Virus record (IMG/VR): IMGVR_UViG_3300033463_000039
Location: 53,994-117,993 of that record
Strand: one strand, 5' to 3'
DNA length: 64,000 nt
DNA from: a virus
Lineage: Duplodnaviria > Caudoviricetes
Both the position numbers and the translations under genes were made by a program. Of this stretch, positions 38,154 through 48,512 are shown in pieces. Every line of letters starts with the position of its first letter. The stretch's first letter is position 1. The notes beneath the pieces are model-generated. The model was not told the origin of the DNA, searched no databases, and was given only the letters and a program-made list of their open reading frames with translations.

Positions 38154-38603
38154 TTAAACACCCTTCTTAGCTATACGCTTTTCTACTAAATCTAACTTCA
38201 TTTCTTTTCCATTATATTTAAAGGTAATTATCTTACCTATATTAACGATGCGGCAGTCGGTCACTAGATCTCCAAGTCCAGTCAAGTAGTCTGCTAGCCC
38301 CGCAATTAAAGCTTCTTTATCAGGGTTTGCTTTTCTTTCAACTTTACGAGTGCGGTTGCCGCGTCCTGAACTTGCTTTGTGAATAGATGCAGTTATTCTA
38401 TTATCTTTTGCTTTTTGATTTAATTCTTCTTGTTCTTCGTTAATTTCGAAACCCTCATCTTCAATCCACATTTGAATTGCATCTAATTCTGTTATATCTA
38501 ATGACTTCATACTTTTGTCTATATATGACTTTTCTACTCTTTTGATAGTTCCATTATCTAATTCAACATCATATGTATTATTTATTAACTTATAATCTTT
38601 CAT
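38154..38603 (-). CDS. Hypothetical protein, family B
   Basis: Paralog of 35780-36163; ATG 38603 follows GGGAGGG RBS. Confidence 0.7.
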   Translation of the reverse strand: MKDYKLINNTYDVELDNGTIKRVEKSYIDKSMKSLDITELDAIQMWIEDEGFEINEEQEELNQKAKDNRITASIHKASSGRGNRTRKVERKANPDKEALIAGLADYLTGLGDLVTDCRIVNIGKIITFKYNGKEMKLDLVEKRIAKKGV

Positions 38604-39010
38604 GCGGCAATCCCTCCCTTTTAATAAAAAATTTAAAATATATTTTTTCATTATAAATATTATATCATATTTTTAAAATTTTGTCAACTTATCGTTCTTA
38701 ATTTTTTTAATAGAGTATGCGGCAACCCAGCCTTGACAATCTCTTAACCGGGCTCCCGCACATATTTCTGAAAAGAATTGATATGCAACATATAATCTAT
38801 ATGCTATAAAAAGAATAATACATATGATAGCGATAATTTTTTCTTTATTCATTATTATATCCCTTATCGATTTTTTCTATATATCGTTCTAAAGAGGTTC
38901 TTTGATAATATGGACAATCTTTTTCTCTTGTTTCGTTATAATAACCTTCGTTATTTTTACAGGTCATAAAATAATCACAATTAAAACATTTGTTTGCCAT
39001 AATATACCTC

Positions 39011-39346
39011 CTATTCATAAATTTCTATATAAGTGCAAGGATAAATATGTCTATCTCTATTTTTTACATTATCCCAACATTCAATATCTTCGTAATCTTC
39101 TCCAGTTCTTACAAACTCGATTTCATCGCAATCGTATAGAAAATTCATTATAGCATTAACATCTTCGTATTCTGTATACCATTTAACACTATCCCAGCCT
39201 ATTATGCGGCAGCCGTCTTTAGTTTCTTGGTCGCAATCAAATTTTGTCATATAAGGATATAAATCTTGTAAATCTTCTTCTAATCTTTTTATATCCTCTT
39301 TTCTTCCACAAATTCTAACATCACTTCTGTATCCCATTTCTCTCAC
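39011..39346 (-). CDS. Hypothetical phage protein
   Basis: Intact ORF MGYRSDVRI...VKWY...FVRTGEDYED. Confidence 0.65.
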   Translation of the reverse strand: MREMGYRSDVRICGRKEDIKRLEEDLQDLYPYMTKFDCDQETKDGCRIIGWDSVKWYTEYEDVNAIMNFLYDCDEIEFVRTGEDYEDIECWDNVKNRDRHIYPCTYIEIYE

Positions 39347-39636
39347 CTTTTACCCTTTCCTTTTTTATTTATTTATACAGATTTCCCATTCTGTATTATT
39401 TAACTTTTTAAGTTTTACATTTAATTTTTTGTAATCATCGTGAATTCTTTCGTAAATAAATTTTTGTAATACATATAAATTTTTACTCTCAATTTTTTCT
39501 TTTACAATATTATCAAAAACTTTATACATTTTTTATTTCTCCCTTTCCTTTTCTATATATATTATATAATATTTTTTTAAAAATATCAATAGAAAATAAA
39601 AACAATGCGGCAGCCAGGTTACTAGCCGCCACATAC

Positions 39637-40482
39637 CTACGCTTCCGCAATATATTCTTTTAATTGTCTACTTCGTATTGGATTTCGTAATTTTCTTAAA
39701 GCTTTTGCTTCAATTTGTCTTATTCTTTCTCTTGAAAGATGCATTTCTTGTCCAATTTCTTCTAATGTTTCAGGAAGATCGTTTTCAAGTCCAAATCGTT
39801 TTATTATAACTTCTTTTTCTCTCTTATCTAAACTATCTAATGTTTTTAGTATTTGATTTTTTAAATCCATTTTATTAACTGCCGCATTTGGAGATTCAAA
39901 TTTATTATCTTCTATAAAATCCCCAATAGTACCATCATCTTCCTCATCTCCAATAGGAGCATCTAAAGAAATAACTGTATTATTATATTCATATAAATCT
40001 TGAACTTCTTGGAGATCCATTCCCGCTTCTTTTGCTATATCCTCTATTGTAGGAATTCTTTTTTCCTTCTCTTGAAATTGTTGTTCAATCTTTTTAAGTT
40101 TATTTATTTTATTTATTATATAACTTGGTAGGCGGATCGTTTTACTTTTATTAAAAATTCCTTGTAAAATTGCTTGTTTAATCCAATATACTGCATATGT
40201 ACTAAATTTATAGCCTAAAGTATAATCAAATTTATCAACAGCCGTCATTAAACCAAAAGTACCTTCTTGAATTAAATCAACTAAATTTAATTCTGACCAA
40301 CCCTGATATTTTTTAGCAATAGCAACAACTAATTTAAGATTTCTAAGTATAATTTCATCGCGGACGCCAGCTTCACCATTCTTTAACCTAGCGAAAACTT
40401 CCTGTTCCTGCTCAGGAGTATATAATTCATATTCCCCTAATTGATTTAAAAATATTTGTAAACCATTTATACTATTTTCCAT
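39637..40482 (-). CDS. RpoD-like sigma-70 family factor
   Basis: NLKLVVAIAKKY, DLIQEG, GYKFSTYAVYWIKQAI, SLDAPIGD, TLEEIG...SRERIRQIEAKALRKLR. Confidence 0.95.
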   Translation of the reverse strand: MENSINGLQIFLNQLGEYELYTPEQEQEVFARLKNGEAGVRDEIILRNLKLVVAIAKKYQGWSELNLVDLIQEGTFGLMTAVDKFDYTLGYKFSTYAVYWIKQAILQGIFNKSKTIRLPSYIINKINKLKKIEQQFQEKEKRIPTIEDIAKEAGMDLQEVQDLYEYNNTVISLDAPIGDEEDDGTIGDFIEDNKFESPNAAVNKMDLKNQILKTLDSLDKREKEVIIKRFGLENDLPETLEEIGQEMHLSRERIRQIEAKALRKLRNPIRSRQLKEYIAEA

Positions 40483-40556
40483 ATATTACACCCCTTATAA
40501 AGAATAAGGTGAATATATTTCAATTCACCTTATTTAAACATTTGGTTGTTTATATA

Positions 40557-40898
40557 TTAGTCATTAGCTACTTGATAAGCAACTTTCTTTCCGTCTTTTG
40601 TCTTTACAACTCTACCATCATCAACTAATTTTTTAAGTAAAGCTGAAGCTTTTTGAGTAGAAGTTAAACCAAATTCACTTACGATTACATCTATTGTTGT
40701 TGGTTCTTCTTGAGCATCTAGATATTCGAAAACTTTCTCGATAACTTCTGCATTTTCTCTTTGAGCTTTTGTAGGAGTAGTTCTTTTCTTAGAAACTAAT
40801 TCGATTTGTCTGTCTAAGAATGCTACTAATTCAGCATTATCTGCTACAATCTCCTTTAATTCATTGAAATAATCTTTCTTTGTTTTTTTGTCTGCCAT
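40557..40898 (-). CDS. Small winged-helix-like protein, family A
   Basis: LVAFLDRQIELVSKK...STQKASALLKKLV. Confidence 0.7.
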   Translation of the reverse strand: MADKKTKKDYFNELKEIVADNAELVAFLDRQIELVSKKRTTPTKAQRENAEVIEKVFEYLDAQEEPTTIDVIVSEFGLTSTQKASALLKKLVDDGRVVKTKDGKKVAYQVAND

Positions 40899-41735
40899 GA
40901 TAATCACCTTCCTTTTCTTAATTTTATTTTTTTCTTTTTCTTTAATATAATTATAACAAATTTTTTATTTTTTATCAATTTAAGATTATTTAAGTAAGTT
41001 TGTTGTTCTTCAGTTTTCTGTGTATATGAGCTCCTATTCCACAGAGAGTATCAGGGACGCCACGTGAAGGCAAACAACAGATCCCCATAAGTATGGTATA
41101 TGAGAGTTTAACTCATCTAATGAACAAGTTCCCTAAAGCTGGCCTGCTTGAACTACCCTTCCATCTCGGTATCTCGACCGATACAATATGCATCTACTTA
41201 CTGCAGATAAGGAGTAACTTCCCCTATAGGCTTCAAAAAGTTACACATATTGCCCATACTTTTTTTATGTTCTTCTATTGAAGGCTGCTATTAGCTCATA
41301 ACATTTAACTTTCTAGCCTCAGATTGTACCTTCATAAGATATTTTCAAAGTATATTTGTAATAGAAAGTAAAGGATTTTACAACCTCCGCACACACGTTT
41401 CTTATTTTATAAGGAGTTTCACCTTTGCACGACATTTATTTCTTACTTTCTTATTACATTATTATTATATAATATTTTTTATAAATAATCAATATTATAT
41501 ATTTTATTGGGTAAGAGTGTTGTAATTAGTTGGAATCCAGACACACCACGAGGAGGTTTACAACTTGTGTCCATAGAGATAAATAAAAACTAATGTAATT
41601 ATTTATCTCTTTATATATAGATTATTTTTTACATATGAGAGTGGTTTTTATTTAGGTACCACTCAAACCCAATCTATATACAATAAATTCTTTTGTTCAG
41701 GGGGAGAATTTATTACGAAAGAACCCCCATTTATA

Positions 41736-42098
41736 TTAATCTGCTATTGAGAAATAAGATTTTCTTTTATCTGTTGTTTTTACAACTTTATTTGAATTTA
41801 CTAATTTTGTTAATAGAGCAGAAACTTTTTGATTTGAAAGAATAGCTAATTTTTCATCAGCCTCTTGAATTTCAGAAATTGTAGCAGGTTTTCCTAAGTT
41901 TTCTAATGTTTCTGTTATTAATCCCATTAATTCAATATTTTCAACTTGAACCTTAGTTAAAGTTTTGTTTGCTGCTTTTTTATCTAATAAAGCTATCTCA
42001 TGGTTGATAAATTCTACAATATCTTCTCTACCATTTTCTTTTGCTAATTCAATAATTTCTGCATAACGCATTCTTTTTGTTATTCTTTTTTCACTCAT
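41736..42098 (-). CDS. Small winged-helix-like protein, family A
   Basis: IVEFINHEIALLDKK...SNQKVSALLTKLV. Confidence 0.7.
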   Translation of the reverse strand: MSEKRITKRMRYAEIIELAKENGREDIVEFINHEIALLDKKAANKTLTKVQVENIELMGLITETLENLGKPATISEIQEADEKLAILSNQKVSALLTKLVNSNKVVKTTDKRKSYFSIAD

Positions 42099-42163
42099 TT
42101 TTAATTCCTCCCTTTTCTTTATATTTATATTTTATAATATTTTTTATAAAAAATCAATAGCTA

Positions 42164-42391
42164 TTACATTATTCTATCATTATCTTTGTAGCCCTCATCT
42201 TCTAATAATTGAACCCAACTTTTTAAAGATGATAAAGTTATTTCATAAGTTGCTATATTTAAAAGTCTAATAAAACCTTTCATAGCGGCATATCCAGAAA
42301 CATCTGAACAAAAATTTATTTTAGTTTCTATATCATAAGGTTGTTCTTCATTTGTTCCATAATTATCTTGCTTATAATTTATAGTTATCAT
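42164..42391 (-). CDS. Hypothetical protein
   Basis: Intact ORF with RBS and promoter. Confidence 0.6.
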   Translation of the reverse strand: MITINYKQDNYGTNEEQPYDIETKINFCSDVSGYAAMKGFIRLLNIATYEITLSSLKSWVQLLEDEGYKDNDRIM

Positions 42392-42490
42392 TTTTTTTAT
42401 TTCCTTTCCTTATCTTTATATATATTATATAAAAATTTTAAATAAAAATCAAAACAAGACTTATCATGCGCGGCAGCCCGCATCATTTAA

Positions 42491-43166
42491 TTATTTTAAA
42501 ACTTCCCATTGTTTATATAAACATCTAAATTGGTCATTTAATTTAATATTTTTATGAAAATGTCCAAATCATCATTGATTAAAGTCTATATAATTTTTAA
42601 GCGCCTCTAATTTATTCTCACTATTATGATTTATTTTACTTTGGTCTAAACTCAAATCGCATAAAGAAAATTTATATTCATTTAAAATACTTATAGGACA
42701 AGTATGAGAAAAAACATAATCATATTGACCTATATCTATAAGGCTTATATCTTGATCTGTAATGCTCTCTTCTGGCCATCAAGAAAGATGTTCAACTCTA
42801 TTAAAATTGTCAATACTTTCGGCTCCGCCTATAAATAAACATTTTTTATTTTCAAAATATTTTATTGTTCCTCTTTTTAATCAATGAATATGATCTGAAA
42901 CAATTCCTTCATTATTTTCAATAGATAAAGAGTTAAGAATGTCAAAATTTTCATGATTTCCATCTAAAAAATATAACATTGGTACACTTTCATAATTTTC
43001 TCACTCTTTAATATAATAATACATATCTTTTTTTGTATAATGTCAACATATTCCAGCATCCCCTAAAATTATTATATTGTCTTCTTCTGTTAAATTCATT
43101 TTCTTACGAAAATCAAGCACTTCTTTAAATTCTCCGATGTAGGTCTCCTCTAATATAAGTTGCCAT
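42491..43166 (-). CDS. Calcineurin-like metallophosphoesterase, absent from the ORF track; code 4 plus +1 frameshift at CGG 43136-43134
   Basis: GDLH(+1)G, LGDAG, LDGNHENF, GGAESID, SWWPEE (TGA TGG), FSHTCP, WWFGHFH (TGA TGA): full motif set recovered. Confidence 0.9.
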
Positions 43167-43478
43167 TTATTTTATCCTCTTCTTTATCATATCAAAAGCA
43201 TAATCAATTTGACCTTCTAAGATTGCATCTTGTTCTTCTTCTGTTATATAAAGACTTTCTGGTACATTAAAAAGAAACATATTTCTTTCTTTTTCTGTTA
43301 AATATGTATCAATATTAATTTCTTCTACAATAGTAACAGAATCTTCTAACAAAGATTCACAAATTTTATGCAAAATATTTGTATGTTTACTAGGATAAAT
43401 TCCTATATATTTTCTATCTATAAAAACTTCTGCTCCTGCTAAATCTTGAGTATGTAAAATTAACATAACTTTTGACAT
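43167..43478 (-). CDS. Hypothetical protein
   Basis: Intact ORF, stop abuts the phosphoesterase start. Confidence 0.65.
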   Translation of the reverse strand: MSKVMLILHTQDLAGAEVFIDRKYIGIYPSKHTNILHKICESLLEDSVTIVEEINIDTYLTEKERNMFLFNVPESLYITEEEQDAILEGQIDYAFDMIKKRIK

Positions 43479-43618
43479 ATTTTTATTCTCCTTTCCTATT
43501 TTATATAATAATTATATCATATATTTATAAAAAAATCAATATGGAAAATGCGGCGGCCGCTCAGTAGATCTCCTCATTGAGATTATATCTTTCTACCGAC
43601 CAGTCGCCGCACAATTCT

Positions 43619-43694
43619 TGGTAGCGGGGGATGGACTCGAACCATCGATCTTCAGGTTATGAGCCTGTTATGTTAACCGCTGCACCACCCCGCA
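43619..43694 (-). tRNA. tRNA-Met(CAT), initiator-like
   Basis: Cloverleaf, loop CTCATAA, unpaired 1:72 (U/U), encoded CCA; A29-U41 replaces the first of the three initiator G-C pairs. Confidence 0.85.
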
Positions 43695-44034
43695 ATGTCT
43701 AAATTATTTGAATTTCTCTTCTCAAATAATATAAAGGAATACCATGGTATATAAATATTTTGCATGATTTTTAAGTGGCACGCTGACACTATCTTTATAT
43801 AAAAATTGGATAACCCTCCCTTTGATTTTACGAAAAAGTTTACTGCTATCATAGCGAGATACTTATTCATAGGTCATGACTCCTATTACTTCATTTTCTC
43901 GGCTCACTAGAGACAGGTTTAGTTAACCTATTAACTGCGTACCTATAGCAAGGTCTCCTCACTTAAGGGAAACGAGCTTTTTCAACCAATTTATATTAAA
44001 AATATTATATATTATTTTTTTAAAATTGTCCATT

Positions 44035-45390
44035 TTAATCTTCTGGATATTTGCCCCAAATAAGTTGGCTTTCTCCTTCATCATATTCATCACTACCCCA
44101 ACAATATTCTACATAAGCAACTTCATCAGAATGGTCTTCTGCATATCTTACGGCATCACTTTCTGAACACCAGCAATCTATAAAGTCATAATCGTGATCA
44201 TAACATCTATATTCTTCCCAAGATTCATCTGCAACATGATAATTTTCATTTATATGGCCCATTCCATTATACTCAAATCTTTCATCATAATCATAAGCAT
44301 CTGTATAAGTACCCATATATTCTTCTCCGCAGCCGCATGGACAATAAATAGTTGTATCATAAATTCTAAATGCAGGATATTCTGTTATATCATCATTTTT
44401 TAATAACCATACTTTTTTGCTACTATATTCTGAATATCCATATTCATCATGTTGTCTATAAGGCATTATATCATCATGGTCTAAATTATTGTTTTTCCAT
44501 AAGTTTTCAACATTTTTTACATTAGCTATATAAGTTTCAACTTTATTTCTTAATAATTTATGAAAATTATCACTTAAATCACTTTTGCCTGGATAAATTT
44601 CATTAAAATGAACTGCTGTAAAGTTATCATTAACTGCTATTGTCATTCTCATCATTTTATATCGAATATCTTTTAAATCATAAGTTCCATGAAGTTTAAA
44701 TGAGCCATGTTCTTTCCAAATATAAGTAATAATAGTTGAGTGATCTAACACCCCTGCCAAACAACCATCAGCGTGGCTACCTTCATTTGCATCATTATCT
44801 AATCTATAACAAGATTTCCAATTATATGGATTTTCACTTGAAAGCATAATATCAACAGGGTCAATAGATAAAGTAAATGTAGCTTTCATATTGTTATTTT
44901 CCCATACTCTACCAAGAGCAGTAATCATATCATCTGGAGCATTTAATTTATTTTTAAAGAAATGAGTAATTGTAATTCCATTAAAATTTTCTTGTTGAAA
45001 AGCATCATATAATAAACTTCTATTATCCCAAGAAATATAATTATCATCAACTTTATTAGAAGGAGTATTTAAGAATATTCTTATCCAAGGATAATAAGCT
45101 ACATATTTTTTAGAAATATCTAATAATTTATTTTTATATCTATCGCGGTCTTCCTCTAGATATTCAATAGGTAAATCTATTTGTGTGCGGCCGCCAAAGA
45201 AATCAAAAATATATTTTTTATGTTTAGCCCAGTTTAATAAATAATCTTTAACTACTTCATCTTTTAAATCTTTTATAGCTATTCCTGAATATTGAGAAAT
45301 ACATTTTGTAAAGTCTGCAATATTAATTTGCTTTATCATTAACTCATATTCTTTTCCTAATTCCTCAATTAACTCTCTTGCTTTTAACAT
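44035..45390 (-). CDS. Hypothetical phage protein, 451 aa
   Basis: Intact ORF; LSIDPVDIMLSSENPYNWKSCY and CPCGCG motifs. Confidence 0.75.
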   Translation of the reverse strand: MLKARELIEELGKEYELMIKQINIADFTKCISQYSGIAIKDLKDEVVKDYLLNWAKHKKYIFDFFGGRTQIDLPIEYLEEDRDRYKNKLLDISKKYVAYYPWIRIFLNTPSNKVDDNYISWDNRSLLYDAFQQENFNGITITHFFKNKLNAPDDMITALGRVWENNNMKATFTLSIDPVDIMLSSENPYNWKSCYRLDNDANEGSHADGCLAGVLDHSTIITYIWKEHGSFKLHGTYDLKDIRYKMMRMTIAVNDNFTAVHFNEIYPGKSDLSDNFHKLLRNKVETYIANVKNVENLWKNNNLDHDDIMPYRQHDEYGYSEYSSKKVWLLKNDDITEYPAFRIYDTTIYCPCGCGEEYMGTYTDAYDYDERFEYNGMGHINENYHVADESWEEYRCYDHDYDFIDCWCSESDAVRYAEDHSDEVAYVEYCWGSDEYDEGESQLIWGKYPED

Positions 45391-45452
45391 ATCTCAATCC
45401 CTCTCTTTCCTTATTATAAATATATTATATTATATTTTTAATAAAAAATCAA

Positions 45453-45692
45453 TTAAGATATTTTTTCATAGGTTTTTATTTCTTCTTCTACTAGATTACT
45501 AATCCAAAGATCCCTATCTAAAACTTCTGGTATAGAAAGATGATAAACATCTGATATATATGTATATATAGCATCACTATAAAATTCCCAATCCTCAACC
45601 CCGCTATTTTCTAATGCGGCAAGGGTTTCATTTGCCCATAGCAAATTTTTTAGTTCTGTTTTACTAATTTTTACATATTCTTCTTTATCCAT
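45453..45692 (-). CDS. Small phage protein with GVEDWEFY motif
   Basis: Similar motif (DVESWEGY) in 62116-62319. Confidence 0.6.
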   Translation of the reverse strand: MDKEEYVKISKTELKNLLWANETLAALENSGVEDWEFYSDAIYTYISDVYHLSIPEVLDRDLWISNLVEEEIKTYEKIS

Positions 45693-46523
45693 TATTTTCT
45701 CCCTTTAAATTTTCTTTTTCATACATTTTTTGAAAATTCTTTCTTGCAATTATACATTCATTTCCTGTTACTCTTCCAGTATAAAAATCATAATTCAAAG
45801 AATAACAATCTCTATTATATTTACAGCCTCCGCAATATTGACTACCATAATACATTTTAATTCTCCTCTAATAATTCTTGATAAGCATCTATTTTTATAT
45901 AAATATCTGGATTATCTTCATCTGCTATTTCTTTTAATTCTTCTATTTTTTCTCTTATTTTGGCTTTGCTAATATAACTATTTAATATATTTTTATGTAC
46001 CCAATTTTCTAATTTGTGATTATTTTTATTTTCATTTCTTTTCTCCTTTTCCTTTACTTATATATAAATATTATAATATATTTTATTTAAAAAATCAATT
46101 ATAAATCATGCGGCAGCTGGTCCTCCGATCTCTAACCGAAGCCCGCACATAAAAACAAGGAGAAGCATGATACTTCTCCTTTAGGAAAGGGATTGAATTT
46201 TGTAAATAAACATTTCTATTTATTTACATATACATTATAATAAAAAATTTTTTGAAATTCAACTTTTTATTATAAGTTTTTTCTATATAAGTTAAGATTG
46301 TTTTTTAAGAGAGAGGATTTTAAAATAAATAAAACCCTCTTTTTCCATTTATATTTTGGAAGAAATGAAAATATGAAAATTGATATTATTTATAAAGCAT
46401 TTCAATTTCGCTTTTGTAATACATTTAGTTTTAATCCAGACTCACCGCGTGGAGGTATGTATTTATTAAGTCCTTATTTATTTTCTAATATTATTATATA
46501 ATAAAATTTTATATTTTTCAAAA

Positions 46524-46623
46524 TGGGGGAGGTGATCAGAATTGAACTGATGTACAAAATATATTCTCATTAAAGAGGTATGTTTTTATAAAACAATATA
46601 TCTTGGCGAAACCAAGCACCCCC
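46524..46623 (-). ncRNA. Miniature tmRNA-like RNA (tRNA-like domain only)
   Basis: GGGGGTG/CACCTCC acceptor with G3-U70, unpaired CTTGGTTTCGC D region, 11-bp helix CAAGATATATT/AATATATTTTG, T arm ATCAG-TTCAATT-CTGAT, encoded CCA. Confidence 0.7.
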
Positions 46624-46723
46624 ATTTTATATAAACTAGAAGGTAGACTTTTACAAACAAATGTATGGTGCTACCTCAACCATTAAGATATTATTTTAAC
46701 TAATTATAATATCTTTCATTCCT

Positions 46724-47725
46724 TTAAATTGACAAATAATTCATTGGATTAACTAATTTTCCGCCAATTAAAACTTCAAAATGCAAATGATAACCCGTTG
46801 AACGACCTGTCGAACCTACATATCCTATAACTTGACCTTGAGAAACTTTTTGACCAACAGAAACAGATATAGAATTACAATGTCCATATCTAGTAATCAT
46901 GCCATCTCCATGGTCGATAATAATAAATTTACCATATCCACCATATCAACCTGCATGAATAACTGTTCCAGTTTTTCAAGCATAAATAGAAGTATTACAT
47001 GGTGCTATGATGTCTACTCCAGTATGCATCCTGCCATGTCTCATACCATACGAAGAACCAATATAGGTATAATTTGCAAGCGGGATCCCCTTAGAAGAGT
47101 AGCTTCTCACAATAGAAGAACGTCTTGATGTTGTGTTGTATTTCTGCATAGCTGATTTGGCTGCACGAGCGGCCGCCTCTTCTTTCTCTTTCTCTGTTTT
47201 TACTTGTGCTATTTTATTATCAAGCACTGCTGTAGATGTAATTGTGGAATAACTTACATTACATTCAGTTATATCGTACTCTTGTGCTTTTATATCATTT
47301 AATTTTTTAATAAAATTTTGACAATCTTCTTTAGATTTAAAATAATAATTATTTTTATCATTTTTAATATTTAATTTTGCACTAGATACAATAACATCTA
47401 AAAGGTTTGAGATATTTCCTTCTTTAGAACTTTTTTCAATATTTTGTTTAATTTTTACAGGCTCTATTGAAGTAATATTATAACCATTTTGTTGTAATTC
47501 TTTTGTAAAATTTGTTACCATTTTTTGCACTTTATAATCTGCTTGTAATGTTATTGTTCCAATAGGAGTAATAACATTATTTTTTTCAATACTAGCATAA
47601 ACCATGCTAGTAGAAGTAATTAATGCATATAAAATAATAACAATACAAATTAAATTATATATAGCTTGTTTTTTACTTGCTGTATATCCCCTTATTAGGG
47701 AGAGGGGTATCTCTTTGATTTTCAT
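46724..47725 (-). CDS. M23 family peptidoglycan peptidase with N-terminal TM helix (code 4)
   Basis: HTGVD motif; readthrough of TGA 46978 gives AG-W-YGGYG...TRYGH...[15 protein letters not shown]...VNP. Confidence 0.9.
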
Positions 47726-47804
47726 AATAAAATCCTCCGTTAAATTAAGATATTTAAAGGAAACTTTATTATAGGATATTGTGTTTTTGAGGGCGGGCGC
47801 CCTC

Positions 47805-47880
47805 TGGTTCGCTCTCCATGACTCGAACATAGACTCTTTGGGGCCAAGGCCCAACGTGTTACCAATTACACCAAGAGCGA
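47805..47880 (-). tRNA. tRNA-Gln(TTG), atypical C33
   Basis: U1-A72, stem TTGGG/CCCAA, loop CCTTGGC, encoded CCA. Confidence 0.75.
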
Positions 47881-48116
47881 ATATATAATGGCATTTATTA
47901 AATAATATTATGACTTAGGTCAAGTAGATTTTCTCCGTGAATGTACACTTCCGTTACCAGAAATGCGCTTTCGCTTTAAAATTCAGATATGCGGTTGCCC
48001 TACATATGACTTGATTACCACTTAGTTCATACCTTAAATTTAATAAATATCGGCCTAGAAGTTTTCCTTACAATAATTTGTTATTAACTAGGATACCGTG
48101 CCATTAAAAATAATAA

Positions 48117-48192
48117 TGGAGCCACTTGTCTGATTCGAACAGACGACCCATACTTTACAAGAGTATTGCTCTACCAACTGAGCTAAAGTGGC
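48117..48192 (-). tRNA. tRNA-Thr(TGT)
   Basis: Canonical cloverleaf, loop CTTGTAA, CCA. Confidence 0.95.
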
Positions 48193-48333
48193 ATAAATAT
48201 AAAGGCTCCTGACCAGAAAATATATAACTAGTATCAAGTATATAGCGAGTTATGTTCTCCCATTTTTCTATATTCTATATTTTCTACTTTTTAAAATCAG
48301 GATTAGTTATTTTATACTCTATAACTATTGAGT

Positions 48334-48408
48334 TGGTGATCCCAACGGGAATTGAACCCATGTCTCCACCGTGAAAGGGTGATGTCTTAACCGCTTGACC
48401 ATGGGACC
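48334..48408 (-). tRNA. tRNA-Glu(TTC)
   Basis: Canonical cloverleaf, loop CTTTCAC, CCA. Confidence 0.95.
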
Positions 48409-48418
48409 AAAAATTATA

Positions 48419-48511
48419 TGGCGCGGAAAGTAAGATTCGAACTTACGGACCAAGAAATCTTAGTCGAGGGTTTAGCAAACCCTTGGTTTAAGCCAACTCA
48501 CCCATTTCCGC
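48419..48511 (-). tRNA. tRNA-Ser(GCT)
   Basis: Loop TTGCTAA, long variable arm, G73, CCA. Confidence 0.9.
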
Positions 48512-48512
48512 A

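Noticed and set aside
38673-38852. Small - strand membrane ORF with an in-frame CGG at 38750 as an eighth frameshift site or a counterexample
   Set aside because: The +1 frame gives GGT-TAA and frame 0 runs on through a hairpin repeat; with no conserved motif it cannot be scored either way
47726-47854. N-terminal extension of the M23 ORF in the track
   Set aside because: It overlaps tRNA-Gln; ATG 47725 has a GGAGG RBS
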